The notes below the pieces were generated by a model. It was not told where the DNA came from, searched no databases, and saw only the letters and a list, made by a program, of their open reading frames with translations. 64,000 nucleotides of DNA from assembly GCA_965214405.1 (NCBI GenBank), contig OZ243956.1, positions 2,048,001 through 2,112,000 on the forward strand, read 5' to 3'. This document shows, piece by piece, positions 48,846 to 58,785 of this stretch (position 1 is its first letter; every line of letters starts with the position of its first letter). This stretch comes from Trueperaceae bacterium (GTDB lineage: Bacteria; Deinococcota; Deinococci; Deinococcales; Trueperaceae). The position numbers and the translations under genes are program-made.

Positions 48846-49142
48846 TCAAGCGAGGGCGCGCTCGAGTTCCCGCCGCACCCGCTCGAGCGAATCTTCCGTC
48901 CAGCTTCCCGTTCGGTTCGCGTGGATTGGGACCCAAAGTCGGCGCTTAGCGGGCCAGAGGGTGAGCTCGAGCACCCCCTTTTCCTCCTCCCTTTTGAAGT
49001 GCCAGTGGACGCTCCCCGGAAAACTCGCCAGACTGGTTTTTGAAGCGGCCGTAAGCCCCTCGGTCTGACAAACCTTTTCGACAAGCGCCTCGAGCCGCTC
49101 TAGGTTGGCGTGAGGGGGCACAGTAATTTCCAGGTTAGTCAC
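48846..49142 (-). CDS. Hypothetical protein
   Basis: GTGA coupling to the upstream gene, PGSVHWHFK motif. Confidence 0.55.
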   Translation of the reverse strand: MTNLEITVPPHANLERLEALVEKVCQTEGLTAASKTSLASFPGSVHWHFKREEEKGVLELTLWPAKRRLWVPIHANRTGSWTEDSLERVRRELERALA

Positions 49143-51130
49143 TCCTCGGCATCCTCGAGGATAAGCACGTCATGTTTGGCTATTTTCTCTCCAAAAGAAT
49201 GCAAGGTGGGGGGAAGCTCGAGCCCTTCCGCATCGAAATTCATAAGGTACTGGCGCGCCCCGCGGCGGCTCAGACGCAGGCCCTCGGGGAGTTCTAAGAG
49301 CGTAAGCCCCGCCTCCTCCAGAATCTCGCGGAAGAGCGCCTGGTGGAGCGCCAGACTCCCCCACATCCCCAGCGTGGTGCAGGTGCCCGCCCCCACCTCC
49401 TGCCGCGTCACCGCCGCGGTGCCCTCGTAGGCAGGTGTCCGGTACGTCGCCCGCACCTCCGCCGTGATAGGCGTCAGCAGGTCCGCCCAGGTGGCGTAGG
49501 CGTAGTGTTCGCCGCTATATTCGACTTCGCCGTTCACACCGGGCCGGAGCGCGTCCACGTGGTCGATGCGCACGCCCATGAGTTCACCCAGCGGTCCGGG
49601 CGCGGGAGCCTGCGCGATGTCGGCGCGCGTTTTAGCACCGCTCCGGGGGCCGACGATAAGCCGTCCGCCACTCTGAACATAAGCCGTCAGGTGCTCGGCC
49701 AGCGCGTCATCGACGAGGTGGAGCGCGGGGGCGAACACGGCTTTGTAAGGTTTCAAATCACGTTGCGGAGGCACGATGTCCACGTCCAGCCCAAAGCCGC
49801 GTAGCGCCGTGTAGGTGTCCCAGAGCAGCGCCCAGTAGTTCCAGCCCTGCGCGTGCGGCTGGAGGTTGGTGGCCCAAAGGTTCTCGTAGTCGAAAAGCAG
49901 CGCCACAGGGGCGCGAACCGCGCCGCCTTCCCTCTCCCCAGCCTTTAGCTCCCCAGCCTCCAACGCTTCAGCCACTCTCCGCGCCTCTTCCGCGGCGCGG
50001 TCGGGCGAGCCGTCGTGCAAGTTCAGCCCCGCGTGCATGAGTTCTTGCGCGCCCCGTGCGGCCCGCCAGCGAAAATAGGCCACCACGTCGGCCCCGTGCG
50101 CGAACGCCTGGTGCGACCAGAGCCGCACCATCCCCGGCGCGGGCAGGGGGTTGGACGGTGCCCAGTTCACCGGCCCCGGCTGCTGCTCCATCACCCAAAA
50201 GGGTTTGTCTTTTGCGCCCCGGTAGAGGTCGTGCATAAACGAGATGAGGTCGGGGTGACCGGAGCGCATAAAGCGGGTTTTGATCTCAGCGGGCAGCCAG
50301 CTCCCCTCGAGCATCCCCAGCGGATACGAATCCCAGGTGAGGATGTCCAAGTCCTCCGCGAGCGCGAACGCGTCGTAGTCGCCAAAGAAAATCATCGCGT
50401 TGTGCGTCACGGGCCGGTCGGAACGGTCGCGGATGGTATCGACCTGAAGACGGTTATAAGCCACCACGGAGTCTGAGGAGAAGCGGCAAAAGTCGAGGCT
50501 GTGGCTTGGGTTGGGCTCGGTGACGGTGAGGTTGGGAAGCTCGACATCGTCAAAAGAGCGGTACTCCATGCTCCAGAAGACGTTCCACCAGGCCTCGTTG
50601 AGCGCGTCCACGGTGCCGTATTTTTCTTCCAACCACGCCCGAAACGCGCCTCGGCAGTTGTCGCAGTAGCAGCGCACGGTGTCGTGACAGCCGTACTCGT
50701 TGTCGGTTTGCCACGCCCCCACCGCCTCATGCTGGCCGTAACGCTCGGCTAACAAGGTGACGATGCGCGTCGTTTCTTCGCGGTAACTTTGCGAGTTGTA
50801 ACAATAATGCCTGCGCGAGCCGAAGCCGCGCGTGTGACCGTCCGCGCCCACCTGTAATACATCGTCATAACGGTCAATAAGCCACTTGGGAGGAGTTGCG
50901 GTGGGAGTGCCCAGCACAACTTTTAGGTCTTCGCTGCCCAGGGTATCAATCGCGCGGTCGAGCCAAGCGAACTCGAGCCGCCCCGGTTCGGGCTCCAAAC
51001 GGCTCCAGGCGAATTCACCCACGCGCACCCAGGTGAGGCCCAAGGCTTTCATGCGCGCGGCGTCGGGTTGCCAGGTCTTTTCGCTCCAGTGTTCGGGGTA
51101 GTAGCAAACGCCTAAGTTCATGTTGCTCAT
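49139..51130 (-). CDS. Beta-galactosidase (GH42)
   Basis: GVCYYPEHW, GEFAWS, WQTDNEY, CYC..C, WVMEQQPG. Confidence 0.95.
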   Translation of the reverse strand: MSNMNLGVCYYPEHWSEKTWQPDAARMKALGLTWVRVGEFAWSRLEPEPGRLEFAWLDRAIDTLGSEDLKVVLGTPTATPPKWLIDRYDDVLQVGADGHTRGFGSRRHYCYNSQSYREETTRIVTLLAERYGQHEAVGAWQTDNEYGCHDTVRCYCDNCRGAFRAWLEEKYGTVDALNEAWWNVFWSMEYRSFDDVELPNLTVTEPNPSHSLDFCRFSSDSVVAYNRLQVDTIRDRSDRPVTHNAMIFFGDYDAFALAEDLDILTWDSYPLGMLEGSWLPAEIKTRFMRSGHPDLISFMHDLYRGAKDKPFWVMEQQPGPVNWAPSNPLPAPGMVRLWSHQAFAHGADVVAYFRWRAARGAQELMHAGLNLHDGSPDRAAEEARRVAEALEAGELKAGEREGGAVRAPVALLFDYENLWATNLQPHAQGWNYWALLWDTYTALRGFGLDVDIVPPQRDLKPYKAVFAPALHLVDDALAEHLTAYVQSGGRLIVGPRSGAKTRADIAQAPAPGPLGELMGVRIDHVDALRPGVNGEVEYSGEHYAYATWADLLTPITAEVRATYRTPAYEGTAAVTRQEVGAGTCTTLGMWGSLALHQALFREILEEAGLTLLELPEGLRLSRRGARQYLMNFDAEGLELPPTLHSFGEKIAKHDVLILEDAEE

Positions 51131-51153
51131 GCTAACAGGTTCGACCAGACGCG

Positions 51154-51981
51154 CTACCCTTCTTCCGACGCACCCCGCAACGCGCGGATTTCTTCACGCA
51201 GCGCCGCGATTTCCGCGCCCAAAGCGGCGATATCCGCGCTGCCCGCCACCTCGCCCTCGTTATTCTCGGCGTCTCGACCGATAAAAAAGCTCGCCAGCGT
51301 CGCGGCCACGTAGCCGAACACGCCAAAGGCGTAGAGCGCCAAGACGAACGTGAGGATGCGGCCCTCAGCCGTCTGCGGCCAATACTCCGAGCCCAACGTC
51401 GTCATGAGCATCGCGGTCCACCAGAGCGCGGTCCCGTAGGAATCGAGCCCCAGGCCGTTCTCAAAGGCGTACATGCCCGCCGCGCCCGCGAACGTGACGA
51501 GCGTGGTTAACAAGACCACATAGCCAAAACCGCGGCGGCTCATGGTCGCGCTCAAGGCGCGCATCCCGCGGTTGATGGACGTCACCACGCGCACCAAGCG
51601 CAGCCCACGCGCGGCCCTGGCCGCGCGCAACACCCTGACGACGCGCGCCACTCTAAACACGCGCAGCGCGGGCACGAGCAGCGACACCGCGGTGAGCCAG
51701 TTGCGGCGCAAGTAACGCCCCTTGGCGGGCGCGAGCGTAAATTTGAGCGTAAAATCGAGGACGAACAGAATCCAGATCATCGTGCCGACGCCCGTAAACA
51801 AGCTGTTCTCGCCCCAAACGAACTCTAAAACGAGCAGCGCCAGCCACACGAAACCCAAAATCAGCATGGGCAGCTCGAGCCAGTCTTCCAACCGGGACAG
51901 GATTTCCCAGCGTTCATGCTCGAGGGCGCGCTCTACTTCGTTCGTTTCCGCTCCGCTCACATCAAAAAGCGTACCGCACAA
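51154..51981 (-). CDS. Ion transport / potassium-channel-like protein
   Basis: S4-like RVFRVARVVRVLR, ALWW...TTLGSEY pore region. Confidence 0.8.
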   Translation of the reverse strand: MCGTLFDVSGAETNEVERALEHERWEILSRLEDWLELPMLILGFVWLALLVLEFVWGENSLFTGVGTMIWILFVLDFTLKFTLAPAKGRYLRRNWLTAVSLLVPALRVFRVARVVRVLRAARAARGLRLVRVVTSINRGMRALSATMSRRGFGYVVLLTTLVTFAGAAGMYAFENGLGLDSYGTALWWTAMLMTTLGSEYWPQTAEGRILTFVLALYAFGVFGYVAATLASFFIGRDAENNEGEVAGSADIAALGAEIAALREEIRALRGASEEG

Positions 51982-52140
51982 GGCTGTTTGATATTGCCGA
52001 TTTTGTGGAACTAGCGTGGATTGCTTGGATACCGAAACTTTAACGCCATAGTCTCAATCCAAGATTTACTGCCAAGACACGCCACAAAAACGCCCACGTC
52101 GCGTCAACAACGATGTGGGCTACGCAAGCTTCGGTTTAGC

Positions 52141-53184
52141 TTAGCGCGTCGGCAAATCCAGCTTATGCGCCGCGAACTTTTCTTCCAAAAACCTGCCGTG
52201 GACGAGGAGCCCTTGTGCGTCCTCCTGGTACACGCTCGCCATGAGGTTTTGCATGGTGCTGTCTAGCAGCTCGAGCTGCTCCAGCAAGGTTTCCTTGGCG
52301 GTCTTGCCGTTACGCAACTTTTTCGTTTCGGCGAAGCCTTTGGGCAGCGCGGCGTAGCGTTCGACCGCGTCGGGTAGATACTCCAGGGCCGTTTGCCGCA
52401 CATTGTAAACGTCTTGGGTGAGCCCGCTCCCGCGCTCTAATTGAGGCAGCACCGCCAGCACCGCCACTTTGATGCTCCGCACCCTCGTCAGCGCCTCGTC
52501 AGGTAGACTCGCCTGCGCGTGCGCCTCGGTCTCCTCCAATTTGCGCCGCACCTCGCGGGTGGGGTCGCCGCCGAAATGCGCTGCTAAGTCCTGCAAGCGC
52601 TCCGACGAGCGGGAGATGGTGTTTTCGTAGAGGTCGCCGACGGCGCGCTCTAGGGAGGTCTCGAGCAGGCTCAGGTCGTCCAAAAGTTTCTGCTCGGGCG
52701 TCATGCCGCCGCCCAACCGGTGCGTCTCGGCGTAGGTTTTGGGTAGCGTCAGGTAGCTCTCTAAGGTATCGGGAAAATAGGTGAGCGTCGCTTCTTTGAG
52801 CGTCGCCAATTCGGGGTCGCGCTTGGCGCTCACCTCTTTTAGCTTGGGCAGGAGCGCTTCAGCGTTTTCATACACGCTGTTGACTTTCGTTAAAACGGGC
52901 GGCGATACCCTGCCGCGCGCGGCGCTGACCACTTCGCGCAGCCGCACCTCGCCCACGGACACGCGCCCCCTTTTGGGCTGACGCGGCTCGACGGGAATCA
53001 CAAACATGAGTAGGAAGTAGAGCGGCACGGCGATCCCGCTCGTAAAGAAAAAGGTGGCGACAAAAAGGAGGCGAATGAGTTTGCTGGACACGCCGAAGTA
53101 GTCGGCAATACCCCCACAGACCCCGGCCACTTTGCGGTCGCTGCGGCTACGCTCGAGCTTTTTAGAACGCACCATCGTCATCAT
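52141..53184 (-). CDS. PspC-domain protein with two tandem helical repeats
   Basis: RSRSDRKVAGVCGGIADYFG (PspC). Duplicated Y.PD..E.Y..LPK..AET..L..G.T....LL..L.LL units. Confidence 0.8.
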   Translation of the reverse strand: MMTMVRSKKLERSRSDRKVAGVCGGIADYFGVSSKLIRLLFVATFFFTSGIAVPLYFLLMFVIPVEPRQPKRGRVSVGEVRLREVVSAARGRVSPPVLTKVNSVYENAEALLPKLKEVSAKRDPELATLKEATLTYFPDTLESYLTLPKTYAETHRLGGGMTPEQKLLDDLSLLETSLERAVGDLYENTISRSSERLQDLAAHFGGDPTREVRRKLEETEAHAQASLPDEALTRVRSIKVAVLAVLPQLERGSGLTQDVYNVRQTALEYLPDAVERYAALPKGFAETKKLRNGKTAKETLLEQLELLDSTMQNLMASVYQEDAQGLLVHGRFLEEKFAAHKLDLPTR

Positions 53185-53421
53185 GCCCGCATTCTAGCAA
53201 GAAAGCCTCCCGGAAAACGTCATCCGAAAGGAGGATGTTGAACCTGGTTTGAATATTCAGGCCTTACATTGGGTCAGCGTTTAGGCAAATTTGAGGTGAA
53301 ACAACGGTACTTGTATGTTGTTCTTGGGTTAAGAATAAGGCCGAATCGGTACTTAAGCATTCCTGGCTCGTTGCTGAGAGTGGCCTGCTCCCACCCACCA
53401 TCAGGACTTGGGAGCTCAAGA

Positions 53422-53688
53422 TTAGGCGAGCTCCCACGGTTTCTCGAGCCTGAGCTGCGTACTCTCGAAAAGTTCGCGCACGTCCTCAACCACGAGTTGC
53501 AGTGTCTGGGGTTCGCCCCGCGTCATGGCGAGCTCGAAGTCGAGCTGGAGCGCCCGAAGATAGTTTTTGATAAAGGCGGCCATCTCTCCGTCCAAAGAGA
53601 CACTGTGGCGGCCCAAGAGGTCGCTGAGTGACCCCGACGTTTCCTCGAGGGACCGCCTGAGTTCGTTGAATGGATGACTCCTTCTCAT
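53422..53688 (-). CDS. Small hypothetical helical protein
   Basis: ATG preceded by GGGGGA, amphipathic 88-aa product. Confidence 0.5.
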   Translation of the reverse strand: MRRSHPFNELRRSLEETSGSLSDLLGRHSVSLDGEMAAFIKNYLRALQLDFELAMTRGEPQTLQLVVEDVRELFESTQLRLEKPWELA

Positions 53689-53947
53689 GTTGTTCCCCCA
53701 GAGAGCTACAGTGGGTTTCGAGACGCTGGTACATAACGCGGGGAGTGCCGCAGCGCGGACCTCATTTGTACTCAATGTTATGTGAACCGTTTTTATGGTC
53801 GTCGAGGGTCGGCGGCGTCGGACCAAAACCGACGAAGCCCTAAATTTTTGGGTACCAAATGCTCCCGTTCATTTATCATATAATAGGCAAACGATGAGGC
53901 AAAGGGAAGTCACCCGTGTACTTGACATCCTGGTATTTGTGTATATC

Positions 53948-54105
53948 AGCACCGGTCACGGCGTCTTATAAAACCTTCACTTTCGCGCTGCGCCTTAGAA
54001 CTACGTTTGAAGCTACGGCTCAGACGGCTCCCTTGCAACCGAGGTAGACGCAGGTTTCCAGGCTGACGGTGGTCTAAGTCGGTCGGGTCACGCAGGCCAG
54101 CACCT
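53948..54105 (-). ncRNA. Candidate 6S-like structured RNA
   Basis: Nested pairings (GTGCTGG/CCGGTGC, GCGT/ACGC, CTTAGACC/GGTTTTATAAG, CTGCGTCT/AGGCGCAG) form an irregular rod. TAGTAT -10 at 54113-54118. Confidence 0.4.
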
Positions 54106-54178
54106 GTACCCTATACTATCCTTGTACTGTTACGGTTACGACGTAATGAGCGGCTCGAGCCGCCCCCAGGAGGTCATC

Positions 54179-54418
54179 ATGACGACACCATCACGAGAAG
54201 ACAACCGTAGAGACCGGAGCAGCGTGTGGGGCTTCGCCGTGGGCATAGGCGCGTGCGCGGTCGCCATCGTCGCTATTCCCCTCACCTTTTGGTTTGGCAC
54301 CGTGAACCACTGGCTGATTTTCGCCCTCGCCTTTGTGGGCGGCGCGCTCCTGGGCGCGCTCTTTGCGCCGCGGGCCTTGACGCCCCCAAAAGCGTCTCGC
54401 CCGCCCGCCGACACTTGA
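54179..54418 (+). CDS. Small 2-TM membrane protein
   Basis: AGGAGG RBS, two hydrophobic segments. Confidence 0.6.
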   Translation: MTTPSREDNRRDRSSVWGFAVGIGACAVAIVAIPLTFWFGTVNHWLIFALAFVGGALLGALFAPRALTPPKASRPPADT

Positions 54419-54421
54419 GGG

Positions 54422-54820
54422 ATGACGAGAGAACGCGCTCCGGCCCTCGTCGCGGTCGCCCTCGCGGGGCTGGTGGTCCTTTTGACGGGCCGCCTCGCCG
54501 CGGGTTTGCTGGTCGGGGCGGCGCTGTGGGTGGGGCTGCGTTATGTTTGGCCCGGAGCGGGATTCGAAGACGACTTCCCAGCGCCCGACATACGAGGGGG
54601 AGGCTCGAGCCCCCGCGCCACCCCCACCCCCATCGAGGTCGTCTGCAAAACGGTCACCCCCATGCGGCAGGAGTGGGCGTCGGCCAAGACAGGACGCTTG
54701 TACGACGTGCTGAGCGTCAACGGCCTACCGAACGCCGCGCCGGGCGACAGAGGCTACGTGACCCTGACGCCGACGGGCTGGCGCATCACCAAATATAAAA
54801 ACGTTTCTGAAAGAGGCTGA
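54422..54820 (+). CDS. Hypothetical membrane-anchored protein
   Basis: Two N-terminal TMs, starts 3 nt after the previous stop. Confidence 0.6.
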   Translation: MTRERAPALVAVALAGLVVLLTGRLAAGLLVGAALWVGLRYVWPGAGFEDDFPAPDIRGGGSSPRATPTPIEVVCKTVTPMRQEWASAKTGRLYDVLSVNGLPNAAPGDRGYVTLTPTGWRITKYKNVSERG

Positions 54821-54977
54821 GTAGGGAGGGGAAGTCTTCTCTCGAGACTCCGCTTACGCACCCATCTCTAGCAGATAAGGGTAGCCTAAAGAACGAGCTT
54901 TCGACTTCACTTTTTACTCGGTACTCAGCACTTTTTTACTCTCCACCTCGGTCAATCCAACGGCTGCTTAACCGCGT

Positions 54978-56465
54978 TCAGAATGTCCGGCTCCACGCCT
55001 TAGGCCAGCGCTCGACCACCACTTTCGTCTCCGTATAAAACTCGACCCCGTGCCGCCCCTGCGCGTGCAGGTCGCCAAAAAACGAATCACCCCAACCCGA
55101 GAATGGATAGAACGCCATCGGCGCGGCCACGCCCAAATTGATGCCGACGTTGCCCGAGCGCACCCCGTAGCGAAAGGCCCGTGCCGCCGCGCCCGACGAG
55201 GTAAACAAACACGCCTGATTGCCGAAGCCGCGGTTGTTGACCATCTCAATGGCTTCGTCAATGTTAGCAGCGTGCATCATCGACAAGACGGGGCCAAAGA
55301 TTTCGGTGTGGGCAAAGTCGCTTTTGGGATTCACGTCACCCAGCACCGTCGGATGAACGAAGTAGCCGTTGCTAAAGCCGTCGACTTCCTTGCCGCGACC
55401 GTCTAATAGGAGGTCGGCTCCCTCTCGAGCGCCCCTGTCGATCAGCCCCTCGATGCGCGCCTTGCTCTCCGCGCTAATCACGGGTCCCATCGCCACGTCA
55501 TCATTTAGGCCATAGCCGACTCGGCGCGTCCCCGCGTCCTCCAAAATCCGCTCGGTAAAAGGCTCCTTGGCCTCCCCCACCGTGATCGCCACCGAGGTTG
55601 CCAAACAGCGCTGACCCGCGCAGCCGAAAGCGGAGTCGGCGAGGATGCGCGTCGCCATCTCCATGTCGGCGTCGGGGAGGACGACCGCCGGGTTTTTCGC
55701 GCCCCCCTGACACTGCGCCCTTTTGCCGTTGGCGGTCGCGCGGCTGTAGATGTAGCGGGCCACGGGCGTCGAGCCAACGAACGACACCGCTCGTACGAGA
55801 GGATGGTCTAACAGCGCGTCCACCGCCTCTTTACCGCCGTTCACCAGGCCGACGACGCCCTTGGGAAAGCCCGCGCGCTCCAAGAGCCCATAAAGCTTCT
55901 GCGTCGTCAGGGGTACTTTTTCGCTCGGCTTGAGGATGAACGCGTTGCCCGTCGCCACCGCGTAGGGCAAAAACCAGAGCGGGATCATCGCGGGAAAGTT
56001 GAAAGGCGTGATCGCCGCGACCACGCCCAGGGGCTGCCGGAACATGTGCTCGTCGATGCCACGCGCGATATCCTCGTTGTTGTAGCCCTGCATCATCAGG
56101 GGCGTCCCGCAGGCCACCTCGACATTTTCGATGCCGCGGCGGATTTCTCCCAAGGATTCTTTGAACGTTTTGCCGCACTCGAGCGTGAGCGTGCGCGCCA
56201 AGTCGTCAAGATTCTCTTCAAGTAAGTTTTTGAGCTTGAAAAGCGGCTGGATGCGGTCGGTCACGGGCGTCATGCGCCAGTCCTCGAACGCTTTTGCCGC
56301 CGCCCGGACCGCCTCGTCCACCTCGTCTTTGGCGCTTAAGGGCACCGCCGCGATCACTTCCGCCGTCGCGGGGTTGTGAACGTCCTGGTAATCACTCGTC
56401 TTGGAACGCGTCCACTCGCCGCCGATAAAGTTGAGCAACGCTTCTTTGCCTGCCGCTACGGTCAT
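54978..56465 (-). CDS. mmsA: CoA-acylating (methyl)malonate-semialdehyde dehydrogenase
   Basis: [35 protein letters not shown]. Confidence 0.9.
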   Translation of the reverse strand: MTVAAGKEALLNFIGGEWTRSKTSDYQDVHNPATAEVIAAVPLSAKDEVDEAVRAAAKAFEDWRMTPVTDRIQPLFKLKNLLEENLDDLARTLTLECGKTFKESLGEIRRGIENVEVACGTPLMMQGYNNEDIARGIDEHMFRQPLGVVAAITPFNFPAMIPLWFLPYAVATGNAFILKPSEKVPLTTQKLYGLLERAGFPKGVVGLVNGGKEAVDALLDHPLVRAVSFVGSTPVARYIYSRATANGKRAQCQGGAKNPAVVLPDADMEMATRILADSAFGCAGQRCLATSVAITVGEAKEPFTERILEDAGTRRVGYGLNDDVAMGPVISAESKARIEGLIDRGAREGADLLLDGRGKEVDGFSNGYFVHPTVLGDVNPKSDFAHTEIFGPVLSMMHAANIDEAIEMVNNRGFGNQACLFTSSGAAARAFRYGVRSGNVGINLGVAAPMAFYPFSGWGDSFFGDLHAQGRHGVEFYTETKVVVERWPKAWSRTF

Positions 56466-56623
56466 GGTGTCTCCTCCAGAAATTAACTTAGCGCCATCTT
56501 ACCCGACGCGGGTGTTGTGACTCCAAAATCGCTATGGTCAGCTCGAGCCCCACCCGCTTCCCAACAACCTTTTGCAGCGTCACAACAGAAGGTAAACTAA
56601 GCCCGAAAAGGAGTTGAGTTACC

Positions 56624-57691
56624 ATAAAAACACACATCTTTAATCCACAAGAGGCAACCGACGCCGACTTTAGGGCCATTAACAAGCACTTCAACCTCTT
56701 GCGCGCCGAGACGCACCCGGACGACCCGCCGCGCTCGCTCGAGTACACCGTCAAAAATCTCAAGAGTTGGGAAAAGCTTGACGACGTAGACGTAATGTTA
56801 TGGGTTGTATGGGAGGACAAGAACGAAAGCAAAGATAGAACAGTCGTGGCGCACGCGCTGACGGACGTCGCACACATGAACGAAAACAAACACCTGATGG
56901 GTGCTGAAATCGCCGTTTTACCCGAGTACAGACGTCAGGGTTTGACAAATGGGCTGCTACACAAGGTGCTGGAGGTTGCCCAGGCGGAGAACCGCACCCT
57001 AATGATAGGTGTCACAAACACCCGCGTTCCGGCTGGTGCTGCTTTTGTCAAAAAACTGAACGCTCGAACGGGCATCGAGGCACATATAAATCAACTGGTT
57101 CTGGCCGACCTCGAGCCCGATCTCCTCCGCCGCTGGCAGAAAGATGCAAAAACGACGGCAAGCGATTTTGAGCTGGGGCTGTGGACGATACCCTATCCAG
57201 AAGAAGAAATTGGAGCCATCGCGGCCATGTACGAGGTGATGAATACCGAACCGAGAGGCGACCTGGAGATTGAGGACCACACCGTCGCCCCCAAGGATTT
57301 GCGCCAGGACGAAGCCTATTTTGCGGCTCGAGGGGTCGAACGCTGGACGCTCTACGCAAGACATCAACCTTCGGGGGAGCTTGCGGGCTACACCGAAGTC
57401 TTTTGGGACGCGGAGGAGCCGGAGAATGTTCGGCAGGGCGACACGGGCGTCTTGCCCAAGTACCGGGGTCACGGCCTCGGCAAGTGGCTCAAGGCGGCGA
57501 TGTTGGAAAAAGTTTTGCGCGAGCGCCCCCAGGTCAAACGCGTCCGCACCGGCAACGCCGACTCGAACGCGCCGATGCTCGCCATCAACCGCGCATTAGG
57601 GTTTAAGCCTTATTTATCGGAAACGGTATGGCAGTTGGGGCGGGAGGCGTTAGAGGCGTATTTGACAGCTAAGCCAGCGAACAAGGTTTAG
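56624..57691 (+). CDS. Tandem GNAT acetyltransferase (start uncertain: ATA 56624 or TTG 56699)
   Basis: VLPEYRRQGL and TGVLPKYRGHGLG acetyl-CoA motifs, NADSNAPMLAIN. Confidence 0.85.
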   Translation: MKTHIFNPQEATDADFRAINKHFNLLRAETHPDDPPRSLEYTVKNLKSWEKLDDVDVMLWVVWEDKNESKDRTVVAHALTDVAHMNENKHLMGAEIAVLPEYRRQGLTNGLLHKVLEVAQAENRTLMIGVTNTRVPAGAAFVKKLNARTGIEAHINQLVLADLEPDLLRRWQKDAKTTASDFELGLWTIPYPEEEIGAIAAMYEVMNTEPRGDLEIEDHTVAPKDLRQDEAYFAARGVERWTLYARHQPSGELAGYTEVFWDAEEPENVRQGDTGVLPKYRGHGLGKWLKAAMLEKVLRERPQVKRVRTGNADSNAPMLAINRALGFKPYLSETVWQLGREALEAYLTAKPANKV

Positions 57692-57717
57692 CGCCCTGCG
57701 ACTCTACACTGGAAAGC

Positions 57718-58782
57718 GTGAAGCGCGTAGGGCAATCCGTAGGCGGCGGCGTGGTCGCTCTCGCCGTCCTTTTGGGGCTTGGGGCGCTGGTCGCATCACC
57801 GGGTTTGGTCGAGCGGGACTACTCGAGATTCCTCTACCCCCAGGTCACGCGCCTCGTCGTGCCCCTCACCTCTCCCCTGCCGTTTTCGCTAGGCGCGCTC
57901 ATGCTCATGCTACTGCCGCTCTCTCTCCTCACGTGGCTGGTCACAAGCTGGCGACGCCGCGAACGCGCCGCCCCGTGGCTCAGAACCTGGGCGTGGCGCG
58001 GGCTCGTCATCGCCGCCCTTGTTTACGGCTGGTTTCTGGTCGCGTGGGGCGCGAATTACGGACGCGAACCTGTGACGGCGCTACTGGGGCTGACGCAAAC
58101 GGACGCCCTTCAAAGGCCCGTCAACGAAGGTGAGGTGGAGGCGCTGGCGCGTTTCTTCGGTGAGGTGGTATGGGAGAATGTCGGTAGCGACCGGGACGAG
58201 GCGCTGGCTCTGGCGTCCGTGCGGACGTCTTTGGTCCGGCTCCTCGAGACCTACGATTTGACCGATTTAGACGTTCCCGCGCGCGTCAAGAGCTTGCCGC
58301 CCGGCACGCTGCTCACCTTTGGCTACGCGGGCATCGCGTCGCCGTTTACGCTCGAGGCCCACATAGACGGCGGCTTGACAAGCGTGTCCAAAGTCGCGGT
58401 GGCCGCGCACGAACTCACGCATACGGCGGGGTTTGCGCGGGAGGCCGACACGGATTTCTTATCGGCCTTGGCCGGACTCCGCGCGGACGACCCTTACGCG
58501 CGCTACGCGGTGGCGCTGAGTTTTTTTGCGAAAACCGCGGGAGCGTTACCCGGAGAGGCGTACAACGCGCTTTACGGTTCGCTCCCCGAGGAGGCCAAAC
58601 GAGACTTGGCCGAGATGCGGGAGGTGGCTATCCGTTACTACAAACCTGCACTCGCGCGGCCTCTCTCGAGCCTCTACGACCGCTATTTGCGCTCGCAGGG
58701 TGTGGAGGCTGGCATAAGAGATTACGACCGCGTGGTGACGCTGCTCGTTTACGCGCGGCAGCGCGGGCTTTTGGAGGACTAG
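57718..58782 (+). CDS. DUF3810-like membrane zincin protein
   Basis: WGANYGR, PFTLEA, AHELTH..GFARE. Confidence 0.75.
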   Translation: MKRVGQSVGGGVVALAVLLGLGALVASPGLVERDYSRFLYPQVTRLVVPLTSPLPFSLGALMLMLLPLSLLTWLVTSWRRRERAAPWLRTWAWRGLVIAALVYGWFLVAWGANYGREPVTALLGLTQTDALQRPVNEGEVEALARFFGEVVWENVGSDRDEALALASVRTSLVRLLETYDLTDLDVPARVKSLPPGTLLTFGYAGIASPFTLEAHIDGGLTSVSKVAVAAHELTHTAGFAREADTDFLSALAGLRADDPYARYAVALSFFAKTAGALPGEAYNALYGSLPEEAKRDLAEMREVAIRYYKPALARPLSSLYDRYLRSQGVEAGIRDYDRVVTLLVYARQRGLLED

Positions 58783-58785
58783 CTG

